DNA of 62,661 bases, filler included, from Choristocarpus tenellus KU-1152 (Eukaryota > Protista > Phaeophyceae): the NCBI GenBank assembly GCA_964200185.2. It is 11 parts of 11 records of this genome, joined end to end, with 100 filler letters (N's around TTAATTAATTAA, not from the genome) between each part and the next. Parts side by side here need not be neighbours in the genome. Positions count along the whole stretch, not along the records: positions 6,761 to 16,945 come from CAXNAD020003093.1; positions 17,046 to 24,782 come from CAXNAD020005659.1; 9 more parts are not named here. One strand, given 5' to 3'. Position numbers and translations under genes: made by a program. Under the pieces are notes generated by a model. It saw nothing but the letters and a program-made list of their open reading frames with translations, did not search any database and had not been told where the DNA came from. Positions 12,501 through 24,882 of this stretch are shown piece after piece (positions within the stretch are counted from its first letter, which is position 1; each line of letters begins with the position of its first letter).

Positions 12501-15500
12501 GACCTTGTTTTTTTAAATCCCCACATTTTGCTAATACTTAAGTGGATCGTGATCTTGAGTTTTGGTGAAATGTTGGATTGTCGCTCCTACAAATGCTTTT
12601 TGTTCCCAAGAGGTTTGACACACCTGCTTGACTTGACTTGTAATCCTTTCTGGCTGTATCCTTAAAAGATGTGGAAATAACTATGGATGGAGGCGCTTTG
12701 AGGCTGGACGCTGCAACGATGCTGTGGAGGATGATTTTCCTGAGCCTTGCTCTGCAGTTAATCGCTCTCCATACACATTCCCCACCTTCCAGTACTGTCA
12801 CCCAAATTATGACTCAAATGATGACAGCGATGTCTACACTGATGGACAAGATCTTTGTGGCAATCGTGAAGTGGTGGGCTCCTCCGTCATTGGTGAGCTC
12901 TGCGATATCTGCCGTCAAGTATCTGGGGGGGGGGATGTACACCACGGTGTACATTTGGCCAAAATCAGGAAAAGTGCATTTACAGGATCCATTCGACGTA
13001 TGTAACCAAATCACCCAAAACTATGGACATGAAAAATTTGACCCCAAATGGACAGCCACCACCCCCTCACATATGGTTTGAGCCTATCCATCTGATGTAT
13101 GCAACCAAATCGCACAAAAAACGCGACATGAAAAAATTGACCCTGAATGGACAGGTGCTACCCCTCCCAGATACTTTGAGCGTAGTGATAACAAATGAAT
13201 AATCGAGGTGAACAAAGTATTAGTGTTGGAGTACGTTTGTGAGCAAGTTCTGAAGATGTCATATATGCCCTCTTTACATCTCTCTCAGTTGAACCTCTCT
13301 AACCACCCCTACCGTAATGCTTCTTTCTTTTCATGTCTCACCTTCCTTTTAGGTGGTTACGTTTATCGAGGAACGAAGTATGAGGACATTGGTATGGTTG
13401 GCAACTACATCTTTCATGACTTTGAGTACAAGTGAGGAATTAATAATAGTGCTTGTTTGAACTCTCAATGCTTTAAAACACATCTTGTGAAGTATTTAAA
13501 TGTATGTTAAGGTTACGTACAAGTGTGAAAAAGGAAAGATTTTTACCCAGTTATGTCATCTGTATTGGGCTATGATGCCTAAGTTAACTTTCCGAGTAAC
13601 TCCATCAGGCAACTCTATTTCGTGGCAAATTGATCCAGGTCAGTCCACTATCTGAGTCCCAACGGTGGAGGGTGGACTCCTGGCACCATGTTTGGTCAAA
13701 ATGAAGTGAACAAGATTGTGACATTTGCTGAGGACAACCAGGTATGGATGAGTATCACAGCCACACTACTTTGGTCGACTTGGATAGTCTTTATTCTATT
13801 TTTTATATAGCAAGTTGATGTGTATAAACGATAGTGGATCTTAGTGGTCGTTTCCATGTATAAAACCGTTCTTACTTATCTCCTTTGTCCCCTTCGATCA
13901 CATCCAGGGCGAGTTATACATTGTGGAGTGGTTTGGTGACATCTTTGAGCTACCATGCGGTAGCTTGTGTCCGGATGTTGAAGGTGTTACACCTACAAAT
14001 GTTGATATCCCTGGAGCAGAGTTCGTGGGCTGCTTTACTGATAGTGTAGACAACCGAAGAATGACCCTTGATGATACTACCAGCATGGCAATGACGAATG
14101 AGGTGAGCTACAGTCTTTTCATTTTAGATGTAGTCTGTATTTTTGAGTATAGATTAATGTAAGAATCTTGCCCATCTGTACCCTTGACCTGTTTCCGCGA
14201 ATTCTTGTTAGGAAGTGGGTTTTTACAATAGTGCATGGTATTAATATATTGACATATTTGACCATGGGTGCACCCTTCTCCACATTACTATGTGCTGTGT
14301 CACAGGTGTGCTTTACAACCTGCTCTGCATTAGGAGCATCCTATTTTGGGACCCAATATGGCGAAGAGTGAGTTCATTGGTTATGCTTCTCTTGTGTTGA
14401 TCTGTCTTGCACACATGTTGTACCCATCTCCAGCTAATCAAATCTATGTATTGTACTAATAATAACTTGTTGCAAACAAATACTCTTGCGGAAGGTGCTT
14501 CTGTGGAGGGGCGAGTACAAGTCTTGATGGAGTTTCAAATGCATGTTCATTTGCATGCAGTGGTGACTCGTCTCAGCTCTGTGGTGGCTTTGAAGCACTA
14601 AGCGTGTATAGCATAGATTCTGATGGGACCGCCCCTACCCCTGTACCACCCGAGAATACGTTCACCACTGTAGGCTGCTTGACTGACAGCGTTAGTTCTC
14701 GAAGATTTACACTAGGAGAAACGACAAGTGCCTTCATGACAACACAGGTTAGCGTTTTGTCCTTTTGGAATTTTTAACTAGGTGTGATGAAAATCTACGA
14801 ATCGTGCCGAGCTCTGAGAGGCATAAGATTCTCAATATGCTTTTTCAAATATGTGACTGAAGAGATGGGTATGACAAGCGTTTTGTCTTTTACCTATCTT
14901 TCAAGACTGTGTTGCACATCTTACAATGTCCTTGTGGTGATGATGTTTGGGGGCTGAAGGTGCTCATCTCTATTGAGGCTTGCCTAATTGTGTCCCAGTA
15001 TCGCCAAGGGCCTATCTTTCTGGCAACGAATACTCATCACACAATACCCCATCAATGCTCAAATGCAGGCATGCGCAAGTTATTGCTCAGGATTGGGCGC
15101 AACGTTCTTTGGTACTGAATACGGTATTGAGTAAGTAAAACTTCCCCGATACAATGTCTCGGGTCCCCAAAAGGAAGTGTCTTCTCAACTCTTTCATGTT
15201 GAGCGACTTTTGAAAGTTTTCAATGGATAGATTTTTCCTTGTCTCCTGGGTGGGTTTTTCAAGGTCTTTCTAGATGAATATTTGGGTGTGAGAGTGACTA
15301 TTTTTCAGCGCGGTATTTTTTGTGGTTGATCATGAGTGCAGTAAAACAGAGGTTACGAGGTGCATACTTACCGCTCTTGCCCCTTGAGGACTGTGTCCAG
15401 TTTCTCAGTTGAGACATCCTTTCACAACTCTCCCTTTGTGTTCATGTGTTGTCACAGGTGCTTCTGTGGGGTAGAGAGTGCAAGTCTGAGCGGAACGTCT

Positions 15501-16914
15501 GCTGACTGTGACGTGGCTTGCGGGGGAGACATCTCTGATACGTGTGGTGGATTTAATGCTATGAACGTCTACGAGTTTGATGAACCAGGGACTGTGACTA
15601 CTTCTCCGCCAATAGAACCTCCCATTGAACCAAGTATAGGATGCTTGACGGACAGTGCCAGTTCTCGTAGGTTTACTTTGGGAGAAACTTCAAGCAGCTC
15701 AATGACCACTGAAGTGAGGAACAATTGATTCGAGTTTTTGATTTGTAACATATCGTTGTCTCTGTCAAGAGTGTCTAATTGTTAGTCTGCTTTTTAGGGA
15801 AACCAAACTCCTCTCCAGGAGGGCTCTCTTCTTTTGTGTTGGTAATAGTCTGTCCAAAGATGGAGTGTCTATGCTTGCATGCATGTGGTAATGATATCTG
15901 AGACCCTCAAATGTTTGACCAAGTGAAAATATATACTAAGTTTGTTTTCTGAAATTCCTGCTCAACAGGTCTGCTCAAGCTTCTGCCTTGGACTTGGTGC
16001 AACCTATTTCGGTACTGAGTGGGGCATAGAGTAAGTCAATGTGTTGGGGGTTCAACTACTTGGAAATCGTACACTTTCGTGTCTTGCCACCTTTCATAAT
16101 TCCCTGCGTGGAAATAATAACCTTGCATACTTGATGACATGACCACAGGTGCTTCTGTGGGAATGCTATGTCTAGTCTGAGCGGAGCCTCTACTGCCTGT
16201 GACTTTGAGTGTGGGGGTGATGCAAGTCAGACTTGTGGTGGATTTAATGCCATAACTGTCTACGTTTACGATGATACTCCTCCAGTGTCTGGGACAACCC
16301 CAGCTCCAGTTACTGTGCCCGAGACAACCCCTTCACCTGTTGCGGGACCTGTGGAATGGTCGGTTTTGGGGTGCTTGACAGACAGTGCTAGTTCCCGTAG
16401 GTTTAACCTTGATGATACGTCGAGCGAGTCGATGACGACTGCGGTGAGTGTGATCTTTCCCTGTTTCTTTTGCGGTAGGGATATAATAATCAGAAAATAC
16501 ATGTATCTTGATGCAGAATCGACTCATGGTGATCTAATATGCTCTGGAACGTTTTTGAACAGACCTGCTCAAGCTTCTGCTTTGGAGTTGGTGCTACTTA
16601 CTTCGGAACTGAGTGGGGCGTAGAGTAAGTCAATTACGATAGAGTTTGATGATGTTTTCATTTTCTTGTCCGAAATGGTGTGTTTTGGATAATGACTAGT
16701 ATTACTAAGCACTCTCGAGATTTGTGGTAAGTATTCTCTATTTTCATCTATGTGACTGGAAGTTTTTCGTTTTGATGATTATTTCAGGTGTTTCTGTGGA
16801 GCGGCAGGTGCAAGTCTAAGTGGAACATCATCTAGCTGTGACTTCGATTGCAGTGGTAATACCTCTGAAACATGTGGTGGATTTGATGCCATGAGCGTCT
16901 ATCAGTTTACCTAA
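9592..16914 (+). CDS. Secreted HHIP/HIPL1-like protein: signal peptide, Cys-rich folate-receptor-like domain, glucose/sorbosone dehydrogenase-type beta-propeller, four WSC domains
   Basis: 20 GT-AG exons in phase: 9592-9828, 10018-10231, 10533-10672, 11133-11219, 11447-11521, 11663-11830, 11994-12165, 12358-12487, 12669-12892, 13353-13431, 13639-13741, 13908-14102, 14306-14367, 14495-14747, 15069-15130, 15458-15713, 15969-16030, 16149-16443, 16563-16624, 16788-16914 (TAA). Motifs HPLC, EEGLLDFAFHPEF, VGDGG, WGMRNPFKCSFDRET, NNYGW, GGYVYRG; WSC GCxTDS...MT..C...C....A.YFGT.YG.ECFCG...C...C.GD....CGGF. Confidence 0.93.
12911..13182 (+). mobile_element. MITE family B copy with duplicated right half, in intron 9 of the HHIP-WSC gene
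   Basis: CAAGTATCTGGGG... first end TTTGAGCC at ~13084, then a second TATCCATCTGATGTATGCAACCAAATC...CCCAGATACTTTGAGC. Confidence 0.8.
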
Positions 16915-17045
16915 GTGGGTTTAACCTTGTCCCAAACAGGAACGGNNNNNNNNNNNNNNNNNNNNNNNNNNNNNNNNNNNNNNNNNNNNTTAATTAATTA
17001 ANNNNNNNNNNNNNNNNNNNNNNNNNNNNNNNNNNNNNNNNNNNN

Positions 17046-17420
17046 CCATTTTGGGTCAAACCCATCCTCCATAGTATGCTCCATCCTCAATTTTGGAGAT
17101 TGGCTGTTTTAGGCACGTTGAAATTCTAGAAAAAATAGTTGTGGCTACGGTCTATTTCTTTGACCGAATCCCTCCCATCTTCGGATGTCAGCTTCCTTCT
17201 TGTCACTCTTGGCATCCTCCCATCCATGCATCTACCTTGACCCAGATGCTATGCAGGGAGACGAGAAACATTGTCCCACTCCAATATATCTTTGCTGTAA
17301 CAATATTCAATATTCCCACATACGACAACGAAACATAGCAAGCAAGTTTTGCTATGCTTGGAAAGAATAGAGCCATCTCTTGCCGCCACTTAACCAGATC
17401 ATTGAAGACGCTTCCCTCAT
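17046..17420 (+). pseudogene. Degenerate Copia integrase remnant
   Basis: Frameshifted VVATVYFFDRIP / SHLRMSASFLSLL resembles the integrase 'AVxTAxYLxNRxP...SPFEL' segment. Confidence 0.35.
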
Positions 17421-18964
17421 CATTCACTTGAAGGAATGGCACCATTTTTCAAGGAGTCAAATTCCACTGATGCTGACTGCTCCATATGCCCTCTCCCCAC
17501 GACTTGTACCACCCTTCCACCACCAGGAGCTGTACTCCCACCACAATGTTCGAAGGAAGGCGCTCTAGCGAAGGCCTTTGGCCTCTTCGTTGGATTGGGC
17601 TGTGATCTCTCAGCATGTTCTATATATGCGTGCTTGCATTGTACTCTGCCAGCTGCGTCTAGGATGTCCTGCCTTGATTGGTCGTGTCACTCTCGCCCTT
17701 ATCCTCCAGTTGATCTCTTCCTCATCACCGCCATTTATATGTGGTAGAACATACTGGGAAGATGAATCACCGATGTCTAGAGACTCAAGGCCTCCACAGG
17801 CATCACCAGATTAGTGCTTACGAAGATGTGTGATGGGTGGTGGGGAGTCCTTTGCAATAGATTTGGTCATGTTTAGAGCAGTACAAGGAAAAAAGAATAA
17901 TCGAACTTTGTGTTTGTTTAGATACAATTGATAGCCAATTAAACGAATAGAGGTGATTGAATCAGCGCTTCACAGCACAATACTCAGTGCAATGTTGATT
18001 TTAAGAAAAAAATATAGAGACAATATTACCCAGGCATTTTTTTTTAAATGGGTAAATGTGACGGGACCAGGTCAGAGTTTCTTTTATTCCACCCTAGAAA
18101 AGATTCAGCCTCTCACACTTGGTAACATTTGAGATCTGTCCCTTCCTAGAAAGTACAATTTTAGGGACTCCCAAACAAAATTCCTGTGTGTAGGTGGTTG
18201 GCCGGCTGACTGAATCTGGAGTCATTGTCATGGCCTAAATCGCATGGTCGTGAGCTGCGCTTTAAAAAAATATATTGTAGAACGATTTGGACGAGGCCAC
18301 AATAGATTGGTTGATCCTTTTCCAATCTCTTCAAATAACCATTGAGATAGGAGAGGGCTCGGTAACTTATGACAATAAATCATACTGCTACAGGTCGAAG
18401 GGAAGAGGTTTGGTGTGACAGTGGTTACAGATATCCACTGTTTTGAGTCCAGCGAAACCTGCGACAAGTATGTGCTTACTTTGTTCAGAGTCAGTTGGAG
18501 GAATTTGTGGATAAGGAGAAATACCGCACCAGGAAGGCATTACTTGCGGCATTCCAGCGGCAGTATAGAGTAGGTAGACTAAGTTGGATTTCGCTGAGAT
18601 ATTAGGGTAACCTCATAAAAAAAAAAGTTGCAAGACTCCAGCGAAAAAAAGAAATCATGAAATCACATTTTGCGTTTATAGCCTGCCCCACAAAAAGTTT
18701 GAACTGATGCTGAACAGAGGAAGGACACTGTAAGATCTTATTATTCACTTGCTCTTGTCGCAAATGGTATACTTCGTAGTACTAAAATAGTACTAAATAC
18801 TACTTAATGATTTTCAGAATACGTTCATAATGAGTACGCAAAACAATCTGTCTTGGCCACTAATTTACTGGGTAGTCTAAATCACTATCATTTTAGTTAG
18901 TGTGAGAAGTCATCACTTTCTTCCCTGAAAAATATCGAATAACATATTTTTAGAATGACCGTGA

Positions 18965-19145
18965 GACCCAAAGTATCTGGGGGAGGGGGGGGATCTACAC
19001 CAGGGTGTCCATTTGAGCCATAACCAGGAAAAGTGTACTTATATTATCCATCCGACGTATGCAACCAAATCACCAAAAAATCGCGACATGAAAAAATTGG
19101 CCTCAAATGGACAGCCACCACCCCCCCCCCCAGATACTTTGAGCC
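18965..19145 (+). mobile_element. MITE family B, full copy
   Basis: TIR GACCCAAAGTATCTGGGG ... CCCCAGATACTTTGAGCC; subterminal GTCCATTTG / CAAATGGAC; flanks TGA/TGA. Confidence 0.85.
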
Positions 19146-19535
19146 TGACGATGTGTGCACTCGCCCAAGAAAAAGTTCCCCAATTGAGGGAGGAATGAAA
19201 TGACAATGTAGACAATGGTGTCAATGTGTTGCAGCAAGTCATATTCGCCTATCAGATTGTGTCAACTACCATATCGAAGGCCTCTCCATTTTGATCTGGA
19301 CCAGGATTGTGCTTGACGGATTCCTGGGATTGAAATGTCCAACACGGGCTACCTACTCTTCACCAGGAACCTGTTGGTGACCACCCTCAAACTTGATTCA
19401 TCCTGTAGGAGGATATCATTTTAGCGAGCGTATATATCGTCACTATTGTTCTGAACGGTGTTGATGTTGACAGTAAAAACTAAGTTCATTGAAATTTGAC
19501 AACTTCAGCTTAGTGTCCAGCCTACGTCTAGTTCT

Positions 19536-19607
19536 TCTCGTGTGGGGAAATGGTTATCCCCCCAGTCTTTGAAACTGGTATTCCGAGTTCGAGTCTCGGC
19601 ATGAGAA
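19536..19607 (+). tRNA. trnQ-UUG: tRNA-Gln (anticodon TTG), intronless, 72 nt
   Basis: Full cloverleaf: acceptor TCTCGTG/CATGAGA, D stem GGGA/TCCC, anticodon arm CCAGT-CTTTGAA-ACTGG, T arm CCGAG-TTCGAGT-CTCGG; T-run terminator 2 nt downstream. Confidence 0.85.
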
Positions 19608-22600
19608 TGTTTTTCAGAACGTTCGTAATGTTTTTGGTTCGTATGTATTCTTCCCAAACCTGACCCAGACCAGGTCTATTACGTGTACGATGTCTGGATT
19701 GTGAGTGTCTGCTTTTCGTGGAGGGTAAAATATGAAATATGGGGTAGTTTCACCTTATTTGGAGTCGAACATGAAACTAGAAACACATCACAAATGCAAG
19801 TGACCGTATCTTTACTAGGACAAAAAACAAACGAATACTAGATAAAAATTCTACTTCCAATATGTCGCATCAATCCTCTGGTAAAATACTGAAGTCAGGC
19901 CATAACAGGTGGGGTGGCCCTCGCTTGGAGTGGAAGCAACGAGTATGGAGTGAGGGGGTGAAGGATATAATTCCGTGATGGGCAATGAGATATGTGAACA
20001 ACTGTGAACGCAAATTGGTTTGAAGGTACTTCCGTTTTGGACTTGCGCATCGAATGGAATGGTTCAAAGTTTATTGGATGCTTCACAATGCGAGTTGAAA
20101 ATACGTTAAAGCCATGTGGTGGGGTGGTGATGTATGCTATCCAGTCTGCAAATTCAGCCCTCGGCTGTTGTAGACATAGAGCAGAGCACATATTGATAGC
20201 AGTGATGAGCAGTAAATGACAGTCTATATATCCAACACAAGGTACGCGACTCATTTACTCACCTGATATGCAAGCAGGGGAGACCTTGATCTTAAGTTAA
20301 GTTATTACCAAGGGTAGGAGAGGATACAAACGTGCACCAATACACTTTCGTAAATACCAAAACCATTTTTTAACACCAAGGCACTATGACTTGATCGGTG
20401 TCTGAAATTCAAATACCGAAATTCTTAAGAGGGAAGAAAGAGTGAAAGAGCCAACGCTAGACCCTTGCTCTCCTACCCTATCCCAAATTATTCCCACGTG
20501 TACCATGTGATTTGATGCTTGTGTAACTTGTCAAAACTGTACATATGTGAGGATGATATAAAGTTAAGCAGGGGCACGTAAATTTCTAGTGCTCCCTCTG
20601 TTGATTTAACATCGTCGTTATAGGTGAAATGTTCCATTCACTCATTATTACATTGTTATCTTAGGGTGTTGTCCCTATATATATTTAGATCCTTCATACA
20701 TTTTATTACAAATTTGTTGTGCCGATGCGTATTTAAACTATTGAATCTACGTGATTTTAATCTTTCACCGTTGACTAATTGTGCTGTATAATATGATAGT
20801 TGGATCTAATAATCAGTCAGATATTGCTGTAACCGCTTTATCCTTCTCAATGATTTCAACAATACCAATGTGAGAATCTGCAACCTATCTTAGTTTTATC
20901 ATTCCGTCACACGAGATTTTCTATTCAATCACTAGCCCATGTATTGTTTTGAGCTCACATATGCTAAAGGTTTGAATCCGTTGTATTATCCAAAAAATAT
21001 TACTAAGAAACAAGAACTTGTCATGTTACAACATAATGGGGTTTTAGATTATATAGCATAAGTGAATGTCCATGTAAGAGTATATTACAACTTGCGAGAT
21101 CTTTGTACAGGCAAGCAAACCTGACCCTTTAGGTTGAACTGATTGGTGTTCCACTCTCTTACGTCAGGTCTTCAAGCGGTACTACGTATAGCATCAACCT
21201 AAATTCAACTGAAATTACGCCTTCATTATTACCAGGCAAGAGGACTTAGCAATGTTTCAACATATGGTAGTAATGACATCAAACAGACAATACAAATCGA
21301 ATCTCTATGTTGATCAAAGTTCTGTTTTCAAATTTATGTTTATGTTGGAGGCTAGAGATCACTACAGGACTCTCGGAGCTATTCTAGGAAAAACATACTG
21401 ACCATATTTCAACACCATGAATCGATTAATTATATAATCCTAGATGTTACTACAACTTTCCAAGATCTTTGTAAAGACTGGTATAGAGTTGTAACCCTCC
21501 AGAGTCATTGTTTTGTCCAAGGCCTGCTCTCTATATGGTAGACAGTGTTTCCTGCTCCATCTAAATGTTTCTTATAATAAGAGGGCACAAATTCCTCTCC
21601 ATATCAAGACTGGAGTAGTGCATGGTATTGTAAAACACGGCATGTCTTGTAAAACTGGATGTTGTGTCCAACAAGTGGATCTCTTCGAGATGCCTCATTT
21701 TTCTATATCTGAGGTTCTTAGTGGGTGGTGATCCACCCTACTGAAATGGTTGCCTCTCATGTTCCTGCTGACACTAGAGATAGAGCCATACTTGCTGTTA
21801 TGAGGTATTGGGCTCTGCCGCATTAATTTTATTTCCTAACACAATGAAGTACTGTTGTGAACTATACTCCAACACTTGGAGTATTAAAATACCAGAGTTT
21901 CTGATGGTGAGCCTGAGCAGTACTAGCATCACAGTAGAAGGTCATTGCGGTTGGTTGCATGCAATTCATGAACTATCACTATGCATCATGACTGTAGCAA
22001 TTTGCTCCAATACCAATCGATGCTATTTTGTAGATAAATATAAAGATAGAAAGGCATATAGTGATGGGTTCAACCGAATAGAGCTCTAGTTCTTGTGAAA
22101 AACGAAAATTGGATTCTTTGTCACCTCAAGATTTTCTATTTTGACATCAGCATGTAAAAAAAGAGTCCCTTCTTTCCAACGAAAGACTCACATTTCACGC
22201 CTATCGACAACAAAAATGTCTTGTTACAGTAAACAAGAACACCCTCATGAAGAGCATGCAACCACAGCATCAGGTCAATTCCTCATACAGAGGTACTACA
22301 TAAACCTTGCCATATGTTCATGAAAGCATCCTGCTCGTCAAAAATTCCTGATAGATAGGCTAAAAATGGCAAACCACTGACCACAAGCGGTTCCTCCAAC
22401 CTGTATCTATTCTGAGTACAATAACAATCAGCAAGATGATTCCACTCCTCAGACCCCGCTATCCTATTGTTACTGTACTTATGGTCATTTATATCAAATC
22501 AGTGCAGAGGTATACAGGAGGGAATAAGACATGACAATGAACTTATCAAAAGGTAAATGTTGCGAATCATCACTGCACTGCCAAAGAATCGACCAACACA

Positions 22601-22787
22601 ATCGGTGCACTTACCATAGCCAAGTACTACCTGCTCCAAAGCATATAGCACCCCCATTGCTGTGATGGTTTTATGGTTAAGCAAGTGCTAACATAGGGAC
22701 GAACGCTTGGAAAGCATCAAATAGAAAAAATATGTCGTCTTCTGCAACAAAACTCACATCCTTTCCCACCTGCCTAAATTATCATAA

Positions 22788-24555
22788 TCACAAATCATCG
22801 TCCTTTGGCCTCTTCCGACCCTGTCGGACACTCTTCCCTTTACCCGTGCCCATGGGTGGCTTCTTCCCTCCCCTTCTACCTCCCCTACCCCTTGCCCCTT
22901 CGCCAGGACGGCGGCGAGCACCTGTTGTGTTGGATCTGGGGTTGCGCCCAGTCCTCTGAGCTGACCTCCTGCTCTCCACTTCCCTCCCTTGCCTCCTTCG
23001 GCCGCGCACCAGCTGCTGTAGGGCAATCCTTGCAGCACGTATAACAACCAGAAGGGCCAATGAGGAGCCCACTCCACGCTTGAACACCAGGCAAAACGTG
23101 GCCACAGTGACTAGAACATATTCACGGGGCAGCAAGTCACCCCCAGCCCACTCGGCTGCCGCCTCTGCCCCACGTATGCCGGCATTTGCTGCACCGCTTA
23201 CCAGTGCCACAGCGGCACGGTTAGCTGATGATTGAAATAGGCCTGAGATCTCTGACTCCTGTCCACTGTCATCCTCATCATCCCCATAAGCAACGCTGGT
23301 GCTGGTGCTGCTTCTCCTGTTGTTGCTGCGGAAGCGGGTTTGGGTGCCAACGTCCCCATCATTCTGACCTCTCCACTGTGAGTTGCCGTCCTCTGAGAAG
23401 AAGAATGCAAGACAGCCTGCAGCAAATGATGCAGCCTCCTTCGTCAGGACACGCATGGCGCCAGCCAAGGAGTGTACCAGAGCCTCTAGCTCCTGCCCAT
23501 ATATGTCATCCCCTTCGTCTTCATCATCAAGACCCACCCCTTCCCACCACTTTCCTTCACTATTGAATGATGTACCCCCTGGTCTCGATCCCAGCCTCCT
23601 CCCCCCTGTCACATCTCCTTTGTTAGGTTGCCCTGCCCCAACCCTTCCCATGCGGCGTGATGCCCCTGACTGGTCACGGTTGCTGATTGGGAGCCAACCC
23701 CCACCCTCCCTCTGGAGGTTTATCTCAGCAAGTTGTTTGGCTAGATCAATCTACAAGAATACAGTAGGACGAGGGTCAAGGGTGGCATGTCAGGGATGTT
23801 CCAGTATGGTATGCGATAAATGTACAGGGTACTGAAGAGAGTACTAAAAATACAACCGTGATATTAAGAGGGGGGACTGGTATGATGTTCAAGAAAATAA
23901 ACTGCTGATCGACTTCCTGTAGCACTGTATGATCTGAGGACGAGGAAAAGCATCAGGAGAATGGCTGTCATTGGAAGCTGGGCATCTGAAAATTTAGTGT
24001 GGAAGGCCTTTGGTATGTAGAACTCTACTTCGAAGTATTTCTATACATGGCAGTATACATAAACAGTATGCAGGTACTATTGTGGACATTCCTCTGAATG
24101 CAAGTGTGGGCATTTCCACAACCACAGTGGCAAGTGGGCAGGAGGTTTACAGTAGGCACAGGTAGAGAGCTCCATAGTACTGAGTACATTCTGGCAACAT
24201 TTGCATTGTCAAGCATGCTATGTTGATCATGGTGTAGTAACACAATTGAGAGCTATCCTTTAGTAGAGTGTAGGTACTGGACAAACAGCATGAACAACAT
24301 ATTACTGCTCCAAAGTATGGCATGCATATGGAAGAACAAAATATGCAGTGTGTTTTCAATGGAGTTCAAGATTGTGTCATACATTGAACGTTATTGACAT
24401 GTGTTCTGTATCATGCAAGGGAGATGAGGGGCAAACCTTGCTCCAGGCACTATTTATCTGCACCCCAAGGGACTCCAGTTCACGGGAGATGGCCTGCCTG
24501 CTCATAGTCATGGCCAGGTCCAGCTCTGCTTCATAATCTTCCACATTGTCTAAAT
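22788..24555 (-). CDS. Hypothetical membrane protein with HeH/LEM/SAP-like helical motif and basic C-terminal tail; 5' end missing
   Basis: Exon 24555-24437 splices in phase to 23750-22788, giving MSRQAISRELESLGVQINSAWSK|IDLAKQLAE; hydrophobic YVLVTVATFCLVF...SLALLVVIRAA; ends RKRPKDDDL*. Confidence 0.65.
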
Positions 24556-24755
24556 CTATCAAACAGGACAGAGGATTGTGTATTGGATGGGGTAAGGCGA
24601 AGGAAGTCATCCCCAGCACCAACTGGCTACAACAATGATGATATGTGGTCAAGAGAGGGATGTGCTTGATATCTACTTATTCCTCTCTTTAGCATGCAAT
24701 ACCCTATATTCTTCAAACTGAATGCATATGCAGGGGGATCGCACTGCATGGCATG

Positions 24756-24782
24756 GGGTCAAAGTATCTGGGGGGGGTGCCG
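24756..24782 (+). mobile_element. MITE family B terminus at contig end
   Basis: GGGTCAAAGTATCTGGGGGGG. Confidence 0.6.
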
Positions 24783-24882
24783 NNNNNNNNNNNNNNNNNN
24801 NNNNNNNNNNNNNNNNNNNNNNNNNNTTAATTAATTAANNNNNNNNNNNNNNNNNNNNNNNNNNNNNNNNNNNNNNNNNNNN

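Noticed and set aside
20250-22700. Long AT-rich region with small ORFs
   Set aside because: No motifs or splice-consistent exons; likely 3' UTR or intergenic
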